A stretch of 64,000 bases of DNA. Origin: Deltaproteobacteria bacterium (lineage in GTDB: Bacteria > Desulfobacterota > Desulfomonilia > UBA1062). Positions within the stretch are counted from its first letter, which is position 1; every line of letters begins with the position of its first letter. Of the stretch, positions 19,203 to 29,739 are shown one piece after another. The notes below the pieces were generated by a model. That model was not told where the DNA came from. It saw only the letters and a program-made list of their open reading frames with translations, and did not search any database. A program made the translations under genes and the position numbers. Location: assembly GCA_018433085.1 (NCBI GenBank), contig JAHDRW010000028.1:4804-68803 (forward strand), written 5' to 3'.

Positions 19203-22200
19203 AAATCCTGAGCCTCGATCTCCTTGCGTACGGGCCCTTTACCGCGCGGACACTGGATTTCTCCCGCGGCACGCACGGTCTCCACCTGGTCTACGGGCCA
19301 AACGAGGCGGGCAAGAGCGCGGCCCTGCGCGCCCTGATCTCGTTCTTTTACGGCATCCATCCCCAGACTCCGGACAATTTCGTGCACGATTACGACGCCC
19401 TGCGCATTGGTGCCCGGCTGAGGCTCTCTGACGGCACCGAACGTTCTTTCATCCGCCGCAAGGGCAGCAGGAACACCCTGCTGGACGAGACAGGCTCCAC
19501 CCTGGGCGAGCCGGAGATGGCACGGTTTCTCGACAATGTCTCGCAGGAGACCTTCACCCGGATGTACGGCATCGATTCGTCCTCGCTGGTCGAAGGGGGC
19601 AAGAAGCTCGTTCAGGGCGAAGGCGAGCTTGGCGCCGTGCTATTTGCCGCTGTCTCCGGAATTCCTGAGGTGCGGGAGATCGTCGCCGGGCTGGAGAAGG
19701 AGGCCTCCGGCCTGTTCAAGCCCACGGGCACGACGCCGGTGATCAACCGTCTTATCTCCGAATACCGGGAGCTCAAAAGGGCGTGCAAGGGGCATTCCCT
19801 CTCCGCTGTGGATTGGTCCCGCCTGGAAGACCGCATGTGCGAGGCAGTGGAAAGGCGCGATGCGTTCTCCCGCCGGGTACGTGAAAAGACTGCGCTGGCA
19901 AACCAGAGGAGACGGGTGTACGAGGCATACAAGGATGCCGGAGAACTCAGGGAGATCCAGGCCGAGCTCGATGCCATGGCGGGCACGTTCGTTCTTTCTC
20001 CAGGGTTCTCCTCGCGGCGCGAGCGGGCCGAAGAAAGGCTCAAGGACGCCGGGGAGGCGATCGCCGCAGGCACAAAGGAGCTCGCGCGCGTGCAGGAAGA
20101 GATCGCCGTTCTGAGCACACCTGACGCGCTTCTGGCGCACCGGGCTCGCATTACCGGGCTTTTCCAGTTGTCCGGGAACTATAAGCAGGCGTGCGAGCAG
20201 CTGCCCAGGCTCAAGGGCAATCTGCTGGAGATCGAACGAAGCGCCCGGAGGATCGTGAGGGATCTCCATCTCCCGGCAGGGAGCGACTTCGGCGAATACT
20301 GTCCTTCCCTCCGGGAGAGGACCCGTATCGAGGAGCTCTGCGAGGCGCACAGGGACCTGGTGGCGGCCCGGGCGCACCAGGATGAAATCCTGGCGAAGTA
20401 TAGCTCCGCCCTGGCCGCGCTCGGAGACAGGATTCGGTCGCTCCCTGAACCCCGGGACGTGAGCGGTCTCGAGGATCTGCTCAATGACTGCCGCCGGAGC
20501 GGGATCAGCGAGAGAGGACTTCGATCCCTGGAGGAGCAGGTGAGGGCGCTGGAAACGGCGCTATCTACAGGGTTGGACAGGCTCGGTCTCAATGGAGTGG
20601 TTTTCCAGGATTTTCTCTCGCTCCCCCTGCCCGGCAAACAGACCGTGAATATCTTTGCCAGGGATTTCATGGCATTGCAGCAGCAGATAAGAGAGACCGG
20701 AAACCGCGAGAAGGAAGAGCGCCTCACGCTTTCACGCACAATCGACGACATCAGGGCCCTGCAGATCCAGGGGGACATACCCACCGAGGACCAGCTCGCC
20801 CGGATCAGAGAGCGCAGGGACTTTCTCTGGAACCTGATCAGAAAGGCATGGGAGGAGCGGCGCGATATTCCCGAAGAGCTGTGGCGTCAGGAGGACGAGG
20901 CCGATGCCGATGCCGATGCGTCGGAGGCATTCGAACGCGCCGTGGCTGTGGCCGATGATATCAGCGACCGGCTGCGTCGCGAGTCCGATCGCGTTGCCCG
21001 GCTTGCCCGGCTCGTGGCAGGTAGAGAAGGCAGCCAGCGGATTCTGGAAGAGATCGTGCTCAGGAAACAGGGATTGTATGATCGGATGGAATCTTTGCAG
21101 CGTAAGTGGGAAGAGGCCTGGCGGCCTGCGGGCATCGAGCCCGGAAGTCCCGAGGAGATGAGCGAGTGGATGGACCTCGCCCGCGAATCTCTGAAAACCT
21201 GCCGGGAATGGAGCGAGCGGTCTGTCGAGCTGGAGGGAAAGACCCGCGAGCTCCGGGGCTTCAAAAAGGGCCTGGTCGATCTCCTGACCGCGGCCGGCCT
21301 TCAGGTCGAAGGCTGTTCCCTTTCTAGCCTCGACCGGAAGGCTGATGAGTTCCTCAAAAACCAGCGGGATGCGGATTTCAGGAAAAAAGAGCTGGAAGAG
21401 CGGATACGTGAAGGGCAGCAGCAGGTCCTGGCGCAGCAGAGAGAACTTTCGGCCTTATGCGAGCGCCTCGATGCATGGAAAAAGGCCTGGGCAGAGGCCC
21501 TGGTGCCCGTGGGTCTCGATGACGGCGCCACCCCGGAGCAGGCCCGGGCGGTTCTCGCCAGGTTTGCAGAGCTTGCCGGCCACGCGCGCGATATCGAGGA
21601 AAAGTCGAGCAGGGTCAGGGCCATCGAATCCGACAACGGCCGTTTCGAGGCGAGCGTGGAGGAGCTGTCGGGTGATCTGGGCAGAGAGATGGCGGGCGCC
21701 GGACATGCCGAATATATGGAGCAGTTGAACCGCGAGCTCCAGGAAGGCATTGAGATACGCGAGCGCCGGCTCGCCCTCGCCCGTAAGCAGCGGGACCTGA
21801 AGAAATCCCTGGAGTATCACCGGAGCATCGTATCCGTGAACGAAGAGGAAATCCGGGCCCTCCTGATCGAGGCCGGCTGTGACGATCCTTCTCTGCTCCC
21901 GGGGAGGGAGGCCCTTTCGGCCGAGTACCGGGAAAAGACCGGCCGGGCCGATGAGCTCAGGCGCATCATCAGCAGGTCTGCGGGCGGCACCGACCTCGAC
22001 GGTTTTCTGAAGGAGATCGCCGCTGCCGACGCGGACGTGCTTCCCCGGGAGATCGCGGAGATTCAGGAAGAGATCGAAGAGCTGGAGAGAGAGCGCAACG
22101 AGCTCAGCCAGGAGATCGGCAGGCTGGAAAAGGAAAGGGAGGGGATGGCCGGGACGAGCGCGGCATCCCGCGTGTCGCAGGAAATGGAGTCCGTGCTTGC

Positions 22201-22699
22201 CGCGATCAGGGATGCCGTACAGGATTATGCCCGGCTCGTCATGGCGGTATCCGGGATCAGGGGTAGTCTGGAGCGCTACCGCAGGAAGAACCAGGGGCAG
22301 GTGCTCACCCGCGCGGGCGAGTTCTTCAGGAAAATCACCCTGGGGAGTCTCCACGGGCTTGCCGCAGACTTCGACGGCAGCGACCGCCAGGTGCTCGTGG
22401 GCCTGCGCAACGGGAGCAGGGTGCCCGTGGAGGCCATGAGCGAAGGAACCTGCGATCAGCTTTTTCTGGCCCTTCGGCTGGCGAGCCTGGAGCAGCGTCT
22501 CATGGAGCGCGAACCCATGCCGCTCATCCTGGACGATATCCTGGTCAATTTCGACGACCCCCGCGCCGTGCAGACGCTGCGGATCCTCGCTGACATTTCG
22601 AACCGTACCCAGGTGATACTCTTCACCCACCATCGCCATCTCTGCGACCTGGCCGGGGAGAGCATTCCTCCAGATATCCTCCACATCCAGGAGCTCTAG
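19200..22699 (+). CDS. Rad50/SbcC-like AAA ATPase (YhaN-type, AAA_27-like) with long coiled coil
   Basis: Start overlaps upstream stop (ATGA). N-terminal Walker A GPNEAGKSAAL. 1166 aa with a long charged coiled-coil middle. C-terminal signature/Walker B/D-loop (CDQLFLALRLASLE...LILDDILVNFDD...FTHH). No CPxC zinc hook seen. Confidence 0.7.
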
Positions 22700-22794
22700 C
22701 CTTTTCTGCCAGCTCTGTACGTTGAGAACGATATCAGCGGGCATATCATTCATCGGTAGAGGCACAGAAAAAGAGAGGTACGGAGGTAAGGAGA

Positions 22795-22983
22795 ATGGTA
22801 AGTGCTGCTGAGGTGCTGGAGGCCATAAAAGGTGCAGGCCTGCCAAAGAGCAAATCCGAACTGGTGGACTATGCCCGGAGCAGGAATGCGTCACAGGACG
22901 TCGTGGACATGCTGAGCAGACTGCCCGACCGGCAGTATAGAACCGCCTCGGATATCACCCAGGCAATGGGCGATATTGAGTAA
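22795..22983 (+). CDS. DUF2795 family small protein
   Basis: AEVLEAIKGAGLPKSKSELVDYAR...DVVDML matches the DUF2795 pattern. RBS AAGGAG. Lies in a lower-GC segment. Confidence 0.6.
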   Translation: MVSAAEVLEAIKGAGLPKSKSELVDYARSRNASQDVVDMLSRLPDRQYRTASDITQAMGDIE

Positions 22984-23138
22984 TGGAAAGGGGACGGATT
23001 TATTTTCTGGAATGATCTTTTCTTGAGGTTCCCGAATAAGCTTAAGAAAATATTCTGTATTTTGACTGTCCCCCGAGTATTCCCTGGTTAGGCGGCCTTG
23101 CGGAAGGAACAAAGCAAAACCAATAATTGAGAATAGCC

Positions 23139-23741
23139 ATGCGAAAAATCATCGTCCTTACGTTTGTTACCCTTGACGGGGTCATGCAAGCGCCGGGCGG
23201 GCCGCAGGAGGATACCGACGGCGGCTTCGAGTATGGCGGCTGGGTTGTGCCACATTTTGACGAGCGTATTGGCGCTATCATGCACGAACAGATGACCGTA
23301 CCGCTTGATCTTTTACTCGGAAGAAAGACCTACGAAATATTCGCCTCCTACTGGCCGACACACGAAGGCGAGTGGCCGGGCATCAATTCGGCGACAAAGT
23401 ATGTTGTTTCGGACACTCGCACAGATTCGCTTTGGGACAATACTGTCTTTATCAAAGATAACGTCGTGGAAGAAATATGCAGAATGAAGCAGCAAGACGG
23501 TCCTGATTTACAGGTGCATGGCAGCAGCCAGCTTCTCCAGACGCTCTTTAAGCACGACCTGGTAGATGATCTGTGGATCAAGATTTTTCCTATTACCCTC
23601 GGCACGGGCAAGCGTCTCTTCGGCGAAGGTACCATGCCGGCGGCATTCAAGCTCACACACTCTGAGCCAACGCCAAGCGGTGTCATCGTCGCTAGATACG
23701 AGCGTGCCGGAGAGGTGAAGACGGGCTCTTTCGGGGCTTAA
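23139..23741 (+). CDS. Dihydrofolate reductase-family protein (RibD C-terminal domain, YwjB-like)
   Basis: IIVLTFVTLDGVMQAPGG...GRKTYEIFASYWP...VHGSSQLLQTL. Lower-GC region. Confidence 0.65.
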   Translation: MRKIIVLTFVTLDGVMQAPGGPQEDTDGGFEYGGWVVPHFDERIGAIMHEQMTVPLDLLLGRKTYEIFASYWPTHEGEWPGINSATKYVVSDTRTDSLWDNTVFIKDNVVEEICRMKQQDGPDLQVHGSSQLLQTLFKHDLVDDLWIKIFPITLGTGKRLFGEGTMPAAFKLTHSEPTPSGVIVARYERAGEVKTGSFGA

Positions 23742-23879
23742 ACGTACATGGTAATTCGCACAGCTAAGCATATCACTGCCTAACGGATTGCAGTCTATGT
23801 TGCTCCGTTGCGCTCCCGCAACGCGGCTGAACCCGAGTGTTATATTTTTTCGCCGCAGGGCGGTTCGCTGGTTTTCTTT

Positions 23880-24857
23880 TCAATGAGAAGTCTCCCCGGC
23901 ACACCTGGCGACATACTCCTTGAAATCCAGTTTTTCCCTGATGATCTTTCTCATGTCCGATCGCTTGAGCCATCTGGTGTAGAGCCAGAACCACTGTTCC
24001 GGATGCTTCTCGACCACCGAGACCACCCATGACTGCATGAAGTCGCTCAGTTTCCGGACAGCCTCGCCCCCATCACCGAACCGGGCGGAATCTATTGCCC
24101 TGGAAAAGCACCAGTGGTAAGACCCGCCCTGCTTCACGGTATACACCGGCAGCACCAGGGCATTTCCCCTGATCGCTATGGATGCGGGCGCGGATTTGGT
24201 GGGCGCCTGCATGCCGAAGACATCGCACATCAGGTCGTTTTCCTGATCGCCACGCATGTCGACAACCATGCCGATGGTCCTGCCCTTTTGCAGCTCGTCG
24301 ACGAGCAGGTGAAAGGTTCCGGTGGGGGGAAGGACGGTGGCGCCGCAGCGGTCCCGGATTTTGTTCACGATTGCCTCGAGCTTCGGGTCCTTGCGGATAT
24401 CGGCCATGACGCAGAACCGCGTTCCCAGGACCCTCGGTATATGCCCCAGGATCTCCCAGTTGCCGATGTGGCCGGTTATCATCATGACCCCCCTGCCGGA
24501 TGCCAGGGCCTCATCCAGATGCTCCCTTCCTTCCACCACGATCCGGTTACTGATCTCCTCGTCGCTCATATATGCATACCGGATCGTGTCCACGAGGATC
24601 TCTGCCTGGTTCATGAAAACCTTGAGCACCATGCGCCGGATATGCGTAAGCCCTAGAGCGGCCCGCATCTGGACCCCGGCTGCCTTGCGGTGGAAGGGGT
24701 CCGCGAGCCAGGCGATTATGCCCAGAGACCGGAAAAAACCCAGGACAAGGGAGTAGGGCAGGTGCCGGATAAGCCCGATCAGGGCGAGAAGTGCTGAATA
24801 TTTCAGGTTCCCTGCGGATGCGGGGAGTATTTTCGTGACCACTGATGGTCTCTTCAT
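23880..24857 (-). CDS. Lysophospholipid/lipid A-type acyltransferase (LpxL/HtrB-like, PF03279)
   Basis: GRGVMMITGHIGNWE (HX4D-like acyltransferase motif), PPTGTFHLL and overall HtrB/LPLAT topology. Confidence 0.65.
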   Translation of the reverse strand: MKRPSVVTKILPASAGNLKYSALLALIGLIRHLPYSLVLGFFRSLGIIAWLADPFHRKAAGVQMRAALGLTHIRRMVLKVFMNQAEILVDTIRYAYMSDEEISNRIVVEGREHLDEALASGRGVMMITGHIGNWEILGHIPRVLGTRFCVMADIRKDPKLEAIVNKIRDRCGATVLPPTGTFHLLVDELQKGRTIGMVVDMRGDQENDLMCDVFGMQAPTKSAPASIAIRGNALVLPVYTVKQGGSYHWCFSRAIDSARFGDGGEAVRKLSDFMQSWVVSVVEKHPEQWFWLYTRWLKRSDMRKIIREKLDFKEYVARCAGETSH

Positions 24858-25148
24858 CGCTGGTGCCTATCCCTTTCCGCCCTGGCGGCGCGTCTTTCAG
24901 GCGTCCACTGGTGAGCGCATGAACGTCCTGACGTGGTCACTCCCCATGGATGCGACTCCTTATCCCGCAGGCGCTCACATAAATACACCCTCTTCCATAC
25001 CCGATACAAACAGCGCATACAATCACCGATTCCACAAGGGCCCGTTTTCTGCCGGATAGCCCCCTGTCCCCCCGCCTGAAGGCAGGCGGACCGTCCGGGG
25101 GACGCACGTTGAGAAAACGATCGCGCAGGCCTTGAGATGACCCGTGCA

Positions 25149-25769
25149 TCAGGTAACGGGCAGCACCGCGAAGATGAACGCGCTCCACACCGAGTGGCAC
25201 ACGATAAGGGTGTCCAGCCGTTTCAGCTTCATATAGAGCAGACCCCAGAACGCCCCTCCCACCGCCGCGGCCCCGAACAGCATGAGGTTGAACGAGAGGA
25301 TGTGCACGCCGGCGTAGACCGCGGTCGCCAGGACCCAGCCCCTCGTTTCGCCATAGCGGAGCATGAGGTTTCTCTGAAGAAAGCCCCGCCAGTAGATCTC
25401 TTCACACGGGCCGGTGACAAAGAGCAGGAGCAGGAACACGACCCCCAGAGGGAACCCCTCCCCCCTGGCGTAGATGGCGCCCACCTGCTGCTGGGCAAAG
25501 GGGAAGATCAGCGACGATATCTCGTTGCCGAGCCAGAAGATGCCGTAGAGCATGGCGGCGCAGAGCAGGCCCTGGAACACGGCGGTGGCGTCGAAGTCGA
25601 GACGGTTGTGAGCCGCGGTGCCCGCCCGCAGGGCAAGGGCGGCGAGAAGGACGGCGGAAAGGGATATCTTGATCCAGAAGCCGGACCCCGGCAGCGAGAA
25701 GGTCACGAACCACAGGGCAGAGGCCAGGCCGACAGTGGGCCAGAGGAGACGCTGCCCGGGCTCGCTCAT
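25149..25769 (-). CDS. CPBP family intramembrane glutamic endopeptidase (CAAX protease/Abi)
   Basis: PCEEIYWRGFL (EExxxR) and FxxxH motifs, multi-TM. ATG overlaps the upstream gene stop (ATGA). Confidence 0.7.
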   Translation of the reverse strand: MSEPGQRLLWPTVGLASALWFVTFSLPGSGFWIKISLSAVLLAALALRAGTAAHNRLDFDATAVFQGLLCAAMLYGIFWLGNEISSLIFPFAQQQVGAIYARGEGFPLGVVFLLLLFVTGPCEEIYWRGFLQRNLMLRYGETRGWVLATAVYAGVHILSFNLMLFGAAAVGGAFWGLLYMKLKRLDTLIVCHSVWSAFIFAVLPVT

Positions 25770-26662
25770 CCCGTGAGCCCCTGAATGATCAGGGCTGTCA
25801 CCAGAAGCACGCCGAAGGCGGTGTCGAGCTTGGCGGTCCGGGCATCTGCGTCCGGGGGGACGCCGCGCTTCATCTGACGCAGGAGTTGCGCCGCCAGCGG
25901 CAGGGAGAGAAACACCAGGAACGCCCAAGGGGAGAGCATGCCCGAGAGGGTGATGAAGAGCATGCTCACATACGCGAGCACCATGAGCAGGAGATAGGCC
26001 TGAATGCCCCTGCTCGGACCGAGCCGGATGGCCAGCGTACTGATGTGCCGGCTGTTGTCGTGGTCGATGTCGCGGATGTTGTTGGCGAATATCGTCAACG
26101 CCACCAGGACCCCGAAGGGAATGGAGACCAGGAGGGCCTTGACGCTCAACGTCTGCATCTGCACGTAGTACGCGCCCTCCACCATCAGAGGGCCCCACAT
26201 GAGAAATACCGCGGCCTCGCCCAGCGCGATATACTTATACTTCATGGGAGGCGCGGTGTAGCCTATCCCGGCTGCAACACCCAGCGCCCCGATGGCCAGG
26301 ACCATCCACCCGCTCGCCACGGTGAGGAAGATGCCGATGAGGGCGGCCGCGCAGAAGAGCCCGTAGGAGGCCCACAACACCTGACGTGCAGGGATCAGCC
26401 CGTGGACGATCGGGTGAGGCCGGTACTGCGTTGTCGCGGCCGATTCCGTATCCAGACCGTTTTTCACGTCATAGTAGTCGTTCAGCAGATTGGTGCCCGC
26501 ATGCATGAAGACCGCTCCGGCAGCGGCCAGAAGATAAAGCGCCGGGGAAAACCGGCCGTCGAGGGCGGCAAGGGCGCTGCCTACGCTCACCGAGATGAAG
26601 GTCATGGTAAAAGACCAGGGCCGGGGCGCGATGAACCAGTTTTTCAGCAGCTCTTTTGACAC
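25766..26662 (-). CDS. UbiA-family prenyltransferase (MenA-like)
   Basis: NLLNDYYDVKNGLD Asp-rich motif, second motif NNIRDIDHD, 8-9 TM. GTG start with GGGAGG RBS. Confidence 0.75.
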   Translation of the reverse strand: MSKELLKNWFIAPRPWSFTMTFISVSVGSALAALDGRFSPALYLLAAAGAVFMHAGTNLLNDYYDVKNGLDTESAATTQYRPHPIVHGLIPARQVLWASYGLFCAAALIGIFLTVASGWMVLAIGALGVAAGIGYTAPPMKYKYIALGEAAVFLMWGPLMVEGAYYVQMQTLSVKALLVSIPFGVLVALTIFANNIRDIDHDNSRHISTLAIRLGPSRGIQAYLLLMVLAYVSMLFITLSGMLSPWAFLVFLSLPLAAQLLRQMKRGVPPDADARTAKLDTAFGVLLVTALIIQGLTG

Positions 26663-27195
26663 CCGGGCCTCCCGTGCACATTTTTATTTAGACCAGCACC
26701 GCATCTGCTCACGGATACTGATACGCGAGGAGGTCGTACACTGTCAATATGCTGGTTGCGTCAGTCTACGGGGCGCGAGCAGGGCCGGCACAGTATCTCC
26801 TGCCCGGAAGAGAACCGGGCAGCCGACTGACGCCGTTCTTTCCTTCAAGCGGCAACAAAAGGGAGTGAACCCGGGCCGGAAGCCTGGTCCCGGGAATCCT
26901 CCTTCTAAGGCCGCTTTTTGAGGATTTTGAAGGTGAGGTTGCATTCCCCTTAAGCTTTTAGGCTTCAGGAGGGTCCAAGGCTTGCCCTTAAGGTTTATAC
27001 CATTGATTGAGCCGGAGGAATGCCGACCGCGTTTATCGGGCCGCTTAAAAAGGGGATCTACTTCGGGCCCGTGCAACGAGGACAACCGTCCGGGCATAAA
27101 ACAGTGTCTCCGCCCCGGGGTACGGTGGACAGGCGGCCTCTGCGGGCATCCGGGATGTGCATGCACGGCCCGAAGCAGGATCGAAGAGTCCTTTG

Positions 27196-28878
27196 TCAGA
27201 CCATCACCGCCACCATGCCTCCTGCAGCCGCTGCCACGCCCGATACCAGAGCCGCGGCGAACACCCACCATGCAGCGGACGAGGCGGTTTTTCTCACTTC
27301 TTCGGCGTGGTAGAGGGCTGTTTCTTCCGCCTGCTGCACCCTGGTCTGCACTTCATCGCGCATTCTCTCGGCCCGTGCAATCACGTCGTCCCGGGTGTTT
27401 TCCACCTTGGAGACCATCCTCTCGGCATCTTCGTCACGCATGTTTGGGCTGCTCTGGAGAATCATATGCTTGATATCGTCACGGTCGATGCTCTTGAGCC
27501 GGTGAATGAGCGAGTCGGCCCCGGCCCGGGGATTGTGCAGCATGGTCTCGAAGTCGGCCTTGATGCCTTCGTAGTCGAGTTCGGGGTTTTCCGTAGATTC
27601 CAGGAAGCCCCGTGCTCTGCCCTCCATGCCTGCCTGGCTCTCCATGGTCGCCCCCCGGCCGGACTCTTTCGTTGACTGATAGCGGGACTTCAGATTGTTC
27701 ACCGTTCCCGCCACCATATCGACGACCCGACGGGCCTCGTTCTGGTCCATGTCCTTTCTCTGGGCCAGGATCGAGGTGATCGTGGAGCGGTCCATCTCGT
27801 TGAGCCGGGCGAGTATGGAGTCGACCCCTGCTTTCGGGTCGGAGACGAGCCTGTCGATATCGCGCTTGATCCCTTCGGGACTCAGCTCATCCTTGCCGGT
27901 TCTGGCCAGGTAGTCCTCGACCCGGTGCCGGTACTTCTCTGCGTCCTCGCGCGACATGCCTGCCATCCGCGCAGCCGCGTCCGCGATCTTCTCGGCCCTT
28001 TCCTTATCGGTGCGGGCCTCTTCACCCATGATGTCCCGGGCGGCCCCGGCCTGTTCCTTTGCCTGAGAAGCAGCGGCCCTGGCCATTCCCCCGGTGTGGA
28101 AGCGTGCAGTGAGGGTCTCCCGGTCCGGAGAGGCATGGATCTCGATCTCGGCGTTGTCGAGGATTCCCTCGATCTCTTTGCCCAACTGGCGATAGCTCGG
28201 TTTCATCTGGTCTACATAATTCTGAATGGTCTTTCTCACACCGATGTCACCGAACACCTCGCCGCGCACGACATCGATGATGCTGCGGGTCGTATCCGCC
28301 GCCTGCTTCTCCTCCGAGGTTCCGAGAAGTCCGGATGCCGTCGTGGAGACCGACCGGAAGCCTGACCTTGCCACGTCCATGAGCGATCCCACCATGGATG
28401 AGACTGCAGTCATCTCCAGGATCGCGGTAATGAGGTAGAAGAGGCCCCATATGGCGAGACCCAGGGTTATCCCTGCTACGGTGGTCAGTGCAATGCTGAA
28501 CTCCACCGCGAGCCATGCCGCGAAGAACAGGGATATGGCCGATGTGATAACAGCCCAGATGCCGAACGTCGTGTTTACGGTGCGCAGCTTCTCTTCCACC
28601 GGCTCTGTCTCTCCCTGCCGTTGCTGTTGTTGCCTTCCGCCGCTTGGCCCGACCCTTTTCCGCAACGATTCCAAGGGGCTGTGCATGGCGCTCAAGCCGA
28701 CCGCTGCAGAAAGGTTCGTCAGTATGAGCTGGAAGCCGAATGCCAGGATGATCCCTACCACCAGCGCGGTGATAAAGCTCGCCCCAGGAATCAGAAGGTC
28801 TGCCGGGAACGTCTCGACCTGGGCGAAAAGCGCTACCGGGACCAATGTCATGAGGAAGGTGAGAATGATTTTTCTCAT
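27196..28878 (-). CDS. Membrane protein with internal about 65-aa tandem repeats (unknown function)
   Basis: Signal peptide and N-terminal TM cluster. Repeats DELSPEGIKRDIDRLVSDPKAGVDSILARLNEMDRSTITSIL and ELDYEGIKADFETMLHNPRAGADSLIHRLKSIDRDDIKHMIL. C-terminal TM. RBS AGGAG. Confidence 0.55.
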   Translation of the reverse strand: MRKIILTFLMTLVPVALFAQVETFPADLLIPGASFITALVVGIILAFGFQLILTNLSAAVGLSAMHSPLESLRKRVGPSGGRQQQQRQGETEPVEEKLRTVNTTFGIWAVITSAISLFFAAWLAVEFSIALTTVAGITLGLAIWGLFYLITAILEMTAVSSMVGSLMDVARSGFRSVSTTASGLLGTSEEKQAADTTRSIIDVVRGEVFGDIGVRKTIQNYVDQMKPSYRQLGKEIEGILDNAEIEIHASPDRETLTARFHTGGMARAAASQAKEQAGAARDIMGEEARTDKERAEKIADAAARMAGMSREDAEKYRHRVEDYLARTGKDELSPEGIKRDIDRLVSDPKAGVDSILARLNEMDRSTITSILAQRKDMDQNEARRVVDMVAGTVNNLKSRYQSTKESGRGATMESQAGMEGRARGFLESTENPELDYEGIKADFETMLHNPRAGADSLIHRLKSIDRDDIKHMILQSSPNMRDEDAERMVSKVENTRDDVIARAERMRDEVQTRVQQAEETALYHAEEVRKTASSAAWWVFAAALVSGVAAAAGGMVAVMV

Positions 28879-29481
28879 GGCTTTTCTCCTTTTCATTCTT
28901 CCGGGCACGCTCGCCCGGGGTTATCTTTACGGACCCGGCCGGCTGTCAGGTTCTGGATACAGTCGGCCGGCCTTCAGCCGTTTATCGGGAACCTGCGCCG
29001 GGAGTCCGGGGAACCGCATATCCGTTCAAAAGCGGTTGTCCCTTCAGCGGGACGTCATAAGTCCGCCGACCCATGGCTTTCTAAAGGCAATGGTTTTTCA
29101 AAGGTTTTCTCTCGGCTTTTCGGTACTGTTCCCTCCGCACACCCGACCTGCTCCCCGCCTCGTCATGATGCCGTAGCGTCTCAGGCCGTTTTCTCTCGTT
29201 TCGGGGCCGGGGAAACCCGGTCCCATTACCCGGTCACGCACGCCTGCACACGGGGAATGCGCTGCATACACATATAATGGTGATCACCGCGGCGCTTATC
29301 CACCACACCAATGCATGCAATCATCGTTTTTTCAGGAATGGCGGATTTTTGGGGAAAAATGCGCCAATGTGCAGTCGGAAATACGGACAAGGAGGACGGG
29401 AGGCAACCCATGGGAAAGCCGGGAGCAGAGGGCTTGGGATGCAGCCGTGACAGGGCGCCTGCGGGAAAGAGTCGTGCGCCC

Positions 29482-29739
29482 TTACGAACCCTTCATGCCG
29501 CGCCTCAGCAGCAGGAAAGCCACCATCGCCAGAAAAAGGAGCGAATACCTCCACACCAGTGAGATCAATGTCCCGAGTGTCCACAGGACCATCCTCAGGC
29601 CGACATAGCCCGCCACCACCAGAGCCAGGGGCTTTGCGATGCGCATCATATTGCCGAATCTGCGGCCGATTTCGCCTTTCACCGCTCCGAGATCCCTGGT
29701 CGTGCTCTGAATCCTCTCTCTCAACTCTCTTTCAGCCAT
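29482..29739 (-). CDS. Small membrane-anchored protein (DUF883/DUF3618-like: N-terminal helix plus C-terminal TM)
   Basis: 85 aa. MAERELRERIQSTTRDLGAVKGE, then two TM segments. RBS GGAGG 7 nt upstream. Overlaps the upstream gene by 19 nt. Confidence 0.5.
   Translation of the reverse strand: MAERELRERIQSTTRDLGAVKGEIGRRFGNMMRIAKPLALVVAGYVGLRMVLWTLGTLISLVWRYSLLFLAMVAFLLLRRGMKGS

Noticed and set aside
21455-22894. 479-aa minus-strand ORF overlapping the 3' third of the Rad50-like ATPase gene
   Set aside because: Antisense to conserved ABC signature/Walker B region. No RBS or family match.
26663-27195. Possible RNase P RNA, tmRNA or cobalamin riboswitch in the large intergenic gap
   Set aside because: No recognisable conserved cores (RNase P P4 or CR regions, tmRNA tag reading frame, B12 box). 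Retained only as a generic structured-RNA candidate in findings.
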